64,000 nucleotides of DNA. Origin: Eledone cirrhosa. Lineage: Eukaryota. The stretch spans positions 10,230,001-10,294,000 of the forward strand of contig OZ024740.1 of assembly GCA_964016885.1 (NCBI GenBank), read 5' to 3'. Below the pieces are notes generated by a model that had not been told where the DNA came from, did not search any database, and saw only the letters and a list, made by a program, of their open reading frames with translations. The translations under genes and the position numbers were made by a program. Shown in pieces: positions 59,001 through 64,000 of this stretch. The stretch's first letter is position 1, and every line of letters starts with the position of its first letter.

Positions 59001-62000
59001 TGTGAGAGGTATAGTTGATCATTTGTGTAGGTTTGGGTATAATGTGTGAGCTGTGTGCGTGTGAGTGTGTGTAGAGGTATAGTTGATCATTTGTGTAGGT
59101 TTGGGTATAATGTGTGAGCTGAGTGTGTGTGAGTGTGTGTAGAGGTATAGTTGATCATTTGTGTAGGTTTGGGTATAATGTGTGAGCTGGGTGTGTGTGA
59201 GTGTGTGTAGAGGTATAGTTGATCATTTGTGTAGGTTTGGGTATAATGTGTGAGCTGAGTGTGTGTGAGTGTGTGTAGAGGTATAGTTGATCATTTGTGT
59301 AGGTTTGGGTATAATGTGTGAGCTGTGTGTGTGTGAGTGTGTGTAGAGGTATAGTTGATCATTTGTGTAGGTTTGGGTATAATGTGTGAGCTGTGTGTGT
59401 GTGAGTGTGTGTAGAGGTATAGTTGATCATTTGTGTAGGTTTGGGTATAATGTGTGAGCTGAGTGTGTGTGAGTGTGTGTAGAGGTATAGTTGATCATTT
59501 GTGTAGGTTTGGGTATAATGTGTGAGCTGAGTGTGTGTGAGTGTGTGTAGAGGTATAGTTGATCATTTGTGTAGGTTTGGGTATAATGTGTGAGCTGAGT
59601 GTGTGTGAGTGTGTGTAGAGGTATAGTTGATCATTTGTGTAGGTTTGGGTATAATGTGTGAGCTGAGTGTGTGTGAGTGTGTGTAGAGGTATAGTTGATC
59701 ATTTGTGTAGGTTTGGGTATAATGTGTGAGCTGAGTGTGTGTGAGTGTGTGTAGAGGTATAGTTGATCATTTGTGTAGGTTTGGGTATAATGTGTGAGCT
59801 GTGTGTGTGTGAGTGTGTGTAGAGGTATAGTTTATCATTTGTGTAGGTTTGGGTATAATGTGTGAGCTGTGTGTGTGTGAGTGTGTGTAGAGGTATAGTT
59901 GATCATTTGTGTAGGTTTGGGTATAATGTGTGAGCTGTGTGTGTGTGAGTGTGTGTAGAGGTATAGTTGATCATTTGTGTAGGTTTGGGTATAATGTGTG
60001 AGCTGAGTGTGTGTGAGTGTGTGTAGAGGTATAGTTGATCATTTGTGTAGGTTTGGGTATAATGTGTGAGCTGTGTGTGTGTGAGTGTGTGTAGAGGTAT
60101 AGTTGATCATTTGTGTAGGTTTGGGTATAATGTGTGAGCTGTGTGTGTGTGAGTGTGTGTAGAGGTATAGTTGATCATTTGTGTAGGTTTGGGTATAATG
60201 TGTGAGCTGTGTGTGTGTGAGTGTGTGTAGAGGTATAGTTGATCATTTGTGTAGGTTTGGGTATAATGTGTGAGCTGAGTGTGTGTGAGTGTGTGTAGAG
60301 GTATAGTTGATCATTTGTGTAGGTTTGGGTATAATGTGTGAGCTGTGTGTGTGTGAGTGTGTGTAGAGGTATAGTTGATCATTTGTGTAGGTTTGGGTAT
60401 AATGTGTGAGCTGTGTGTGTGTGAGTGTGTGTAGAGGTATAGTTGATCATTTGTGTAGGTTTGGGTATAATGTGTGAGCTGTGTGTGTGTGAGTGTGTGT
60501 AGAGGTATAGTTGATCATTTGTGTAGGTTTGGGTATAATGTGTGAGCTGTGTGTGTGTGAGTGTGTGTAGAGGTATAGTTGATCATTTGTGTAGGTTTGG
60601 GTATAATGTGTGAGCTGAGTGTGTGTGAGTGTGTGTAGAGGTATAGTTGATCATTTGTGTAGGTTTGGGTATAATGTGTGAGCTGTGTGTGTGTGAGTGT
60701 GTGTAGAGGTATAGTTGATCATTTGTGTAGGTTTGGGTATAATGTGTGAGCTGAGTGTGTGTGAGTGTGTGTAGAGGTATAGTTGATCATTTGTGTAGGT
60801 TTGGGTATAATGTGTGAGCTGTGTGTGTGTGAGTGTGTGTAGAGGTATAGTTGATCATTTGTGTAGGTTTGGGTATAATGTGTGAGCTGTGTGTGTGTGA
60901 GTGTGTGTAGAGGTATAGTTGATCATTTGTGTAGGTTTGGGTATAATGTGTGAGCTGAGTGTGTGTGAGTGTGTGTAGAGGTATAGTTGATCATTTGTGT
61001 AGGTTTGGGTATAATGTGTGAGCTGTGTGTGTGTGAGTGTGTGTAGAGGTATAGTTGATCATTTGTGTAGGTTTGGGTATAATGTGTGAGCTGAGTGTGT
61101 GTGAGTGTGTGTAGAGGTATAGTTGATCATTTGTGTAGGTTTGGGTATAATGTGTGAGCTGTGTGTGTGTGAGTGTGTGTAGAGGTATAGTTGATCATTT
61201 GTGTAGGTTTGGGTATAATGTGTGAGCTGTGTGTGTGTGAGTGTGTGTAGAGGTATAGTTGATCATTTGTGTAGGTTTGGGTATAATGTGTGAGCTGTGT
61301 GTGTGTGAGTGTGTGTAGAGGTATAGTTGATCATTTGTGTAGGTTTGGGTATAATGTGTGAGCTGAGTGTGTGTGAGTGTGTGTAGAGGTATAGTTGATC
61401 ATTTGTGTAGGTTTGGGTATAATGTGTGAGCTGTGTGTGTGTGAGTGTGTGTAGAGGTATAGTTGATCATTTGTGTAGGTTTGGGTATAATGTGTGAGCT
61501 GTGTGTGTGTGAGTGTGTGTAGAGGTATAGTTGATCATTTGTGTAGGTTTGGGTATAATGTGTGAGCTGTGTGTGTGTGAGTGTGTGTAGAGGTATAGTT
61601 GATCATTTGTGTAGGTTTGGGTATAATGTGTGAGCTGAGTGTGTGTGAGTGTGTGTGTAGAGGTATAGTTGATCATTTGTGTAGGTTTGGGTATAATGTG
61701 TGAGCTGAGTGTGTGTGAGTGTGTAGAGGTATAGTTGATCATTTGTGTAGGTTTGGGTATAATGTGTGAGCTGAGTGTGTGTGAGTGTGTGTAGAGGTAT
61801 AGTTGATCATTTGTGTAGGTTTGGGTATAATGTGTGAGCTGTGTGTGTGTGTGAGTGTGTGTAGAGGTATAGTTGATCATTTGTGTAGGTTTGGGTATAA
61901 TGTGTGAGCTGTGTGTGTGTGAGTGTGTGTAGAGGTATAGTTGATCATTTGTGTATGTTTGTGTATAATGTGTGAGCTGTGTGTGTGTGAGTGTGTGTAG

Positions 62001-63494
62001 AGGTATAGTTGATCATTTGTGTAGGTTTGGGTATAATGTGTGAGCTGTGTGTGTGTGTGAGTGTGTGTAGAGGTATAGTTGATCATTTGTGTAGGTTTGG
62101 GTATAATGTGTGAGCTGAGTGTGTGTGAGTGTGTGTGTAGAGGTATAGTTGATCATTTGTGTAGGTTTGGGTATAATGTGTGAGCTGTGTGTGTGTGAGT
62201 GTGTGTAGAGGTATAGTTGATCATTTGTGTAGGTTTGGGTATAATGTGTGAGCTGTGTGTGTGTGAGTGTGTGTAGAGGTATAGTTGATCATTTGTGTAG
62301 GTTTGGGTATAATGTGTGAGCTGAGTGTGTGTGAGTGTGTGTAGAGGTATAGTTGATCATTTGTGTAGGTTTGGGTATAATGTGTGAGCTGTGTGTGTGT
62401 GAGTGTGTGTAGAGGTATAGTTGATCATTTGTGTAGGTTTGGGTATAATGTGTGAGCTGAGTGTGTGTGAGTGTGTGTAGAGGTATAGTTGATCATTTGT
62501 GTAGGTTTGGGTATAATGTGTGAGCTGTGTGTGTGTGAGTGTGTGTAGAGGTATAGTTGATCATTTGTGTAGGTTTGGGTATAATGTGTGAGCTGTGTGT
62601 GTGTGAGTGTGTGTAGAGGTATAGTTGATCATTTGTGTAGGTTTGGGTATAATGTGTGAGCTGTGTGTGTGTGTGAGTGTGTGTAGAGGTATAGTTGATC
62701 ATTTGTGTAGGTTTGGGTATAATGTGTGAGCTGTGTGTGTGTGAGTGTGTGTAGAGGTATAGTTGATCATTTGTGTAGGTTTGGGTATAATGTGTGAGCT
62801 GTGTGTGTGTGTGAGTGTGTGTAGAGGTATAGTTGATCATTTGTGTAGGTTTGGGTATAATGTGTGAGCTGAGTGTGTGTGAGTGTGTGTAGAGGTATAG
62901 TTGATCATTTGTGTAGGTTTGGGTATAATGTGTGAGCTGTGTGTGTGTGTGAGTGTGTGTAGAGGTATAGTTGATCATTTGTGTAGGTTTGGGTATAATG
63001 TGTGAGCTGTGTGTGTGTGAGTGTGTGTAGAGGTATAGTTGATCATTTGTGTAGGTTTGGGTATAATGTGTGAGCTGTGTGTGTGTGAGTGTGTGTAGAG
63101 GTATAGTTGATCATTTGTGTAGGTTTGGGTATAATGTGTGAGCTGAGTGTGTGTGAGTGTGTGTAGAGGTATAGTTGATCATTTGTGTAGGTTTGGGTAT
63201 AATGTGTGAGCTGAGTGTGTGTGAGTGTGTGTAGAGGTATAGTTGATCATTTGTGTAGGTTTGGGTATAATGTGTGAGCTGTGTGTGTGTGAGTGTGTGT
63301 AGAGGTATAGTTGATCATTTGTGTAGGTTTGGGTATAATGTGTGAGCTGTGTGTGTGTGAGTGTGTGTAGAGGTATAGTTGATCATTTGTGTAGGTTTGG
63401 GTATAATGTGTGAGCTGTGTGTGTGTGAGTGTGTGTAGAGGTATAGTTGATCATTTGTGTAGGTTTGGGTATAATGTGTGAGCTGTGAGAGGTA
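59001..63494. repeat. 68-bp tandem satellite, ~66 copies
   Basis: Unit AGAGGTATAGTTGATCATTTGTGTAGGTTTGGGTATAATGTGTGAGCTG(A/T)GTGTGTGTGAGTGTGTGT, e.g. starting at 59141 and 59209; occasional +/-2 bp in the GT tract. Confidence 0.98.
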
Positions 63495-63819
63495 AATTCT
63501 TTGAGATAGTAGTAGGCAAAGGTGTGTGTTATTTTGATAGAAGTAGGCAGAGGAGATGGGGATAGTGATAAAGATGATGATGATGATGATTGCTTGTTTG
63601 CGGCAGTCTGAAAGGTTGACCGTCTCGTTAAGTAGGTCATCAAGGATTTCACTGACTCTACTATCAGTAAGGATAACTGATGCTGTGCACTATGTCATCA
63701 ATTATGGCTGAACTGAGGAGTGATTGAAGCTGTTGTTGTTGTTGTTGTGTTGGTTGATGTTGTTGTTGGTGCTGTTGTAACGGTTGAACAGTGTTTGAAG
63801 AAAAAAACACATCTTAGTT

Positions 63820-63967
63820 TATATATGTGGGCGTATGTGAGATGTGTGTGTGTCTCTCTCTCTCTATATATATATCAATATTATATATATATATGTGGTT
63901 GTGGTTGTGGTTGTGTGTGTATGTGTGTGTGTTTGTGTGTCTGATGTAATATAAATACATATATACT
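63820..63967. repeat. Mixed GT/CT/TA low-complexity tract
   Basis: Direct reading. Confidence 0.7.
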
Positions 63968-64000
63968 ATCTAGTGTGGGTAAATATCCCGAGATCCATGG

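Noticed and set aside
59001-63494. CRISPR array
   Set aside because: No unique spacers, no cas genes, eukaryotic context.
61467-63652. MINYTSTHTH repeat ORFs
   Set aside because: The 68-bp period is not a multiple of 3; frames open only through +/-2 bp variants.

Overview
Eukaryotic, repeat-dominated window with no recognisable host gene. The SINE and repeat style suggest a cephalopod, probably Octopus (inference). In order: (1) ~41 kb of a strand-asymmetric 24/25-bp satellite with kb-scale nested duplications; (2) a near full-length but decayed Tx1/L1-type LINE on the minus strand (ORF1 CCHC knuckle; ORF2 APE-RT-Zn finger), whose 3' end abuts the satellite; (3) a 5-bp (ACACT/ACACC) then 8-bp C-rich array of opposite strand polarity; (4) a tRNA-derived SINE and a CR1-like RT fragment; (5) a young Naiad-type Penelope-like element (RT + GIY-YIG) in (TA)n, with two direct and one inverted pseudo-LTR, each carrying a type I hammerhead ribozyme with an unusually long (~90 nt) stem II; (6) a 125-bp near-perfect palindrome; (7) a 68-bp satellite (~66 copies) bounded by an 11-bp direct repeat. 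The best leads are the long-stem-II hammerhead, a PLE ORF broken only at two homopolymers, and the two pentamer-related arrays converging on the LINE. All coordinates and pairings were read by eye.
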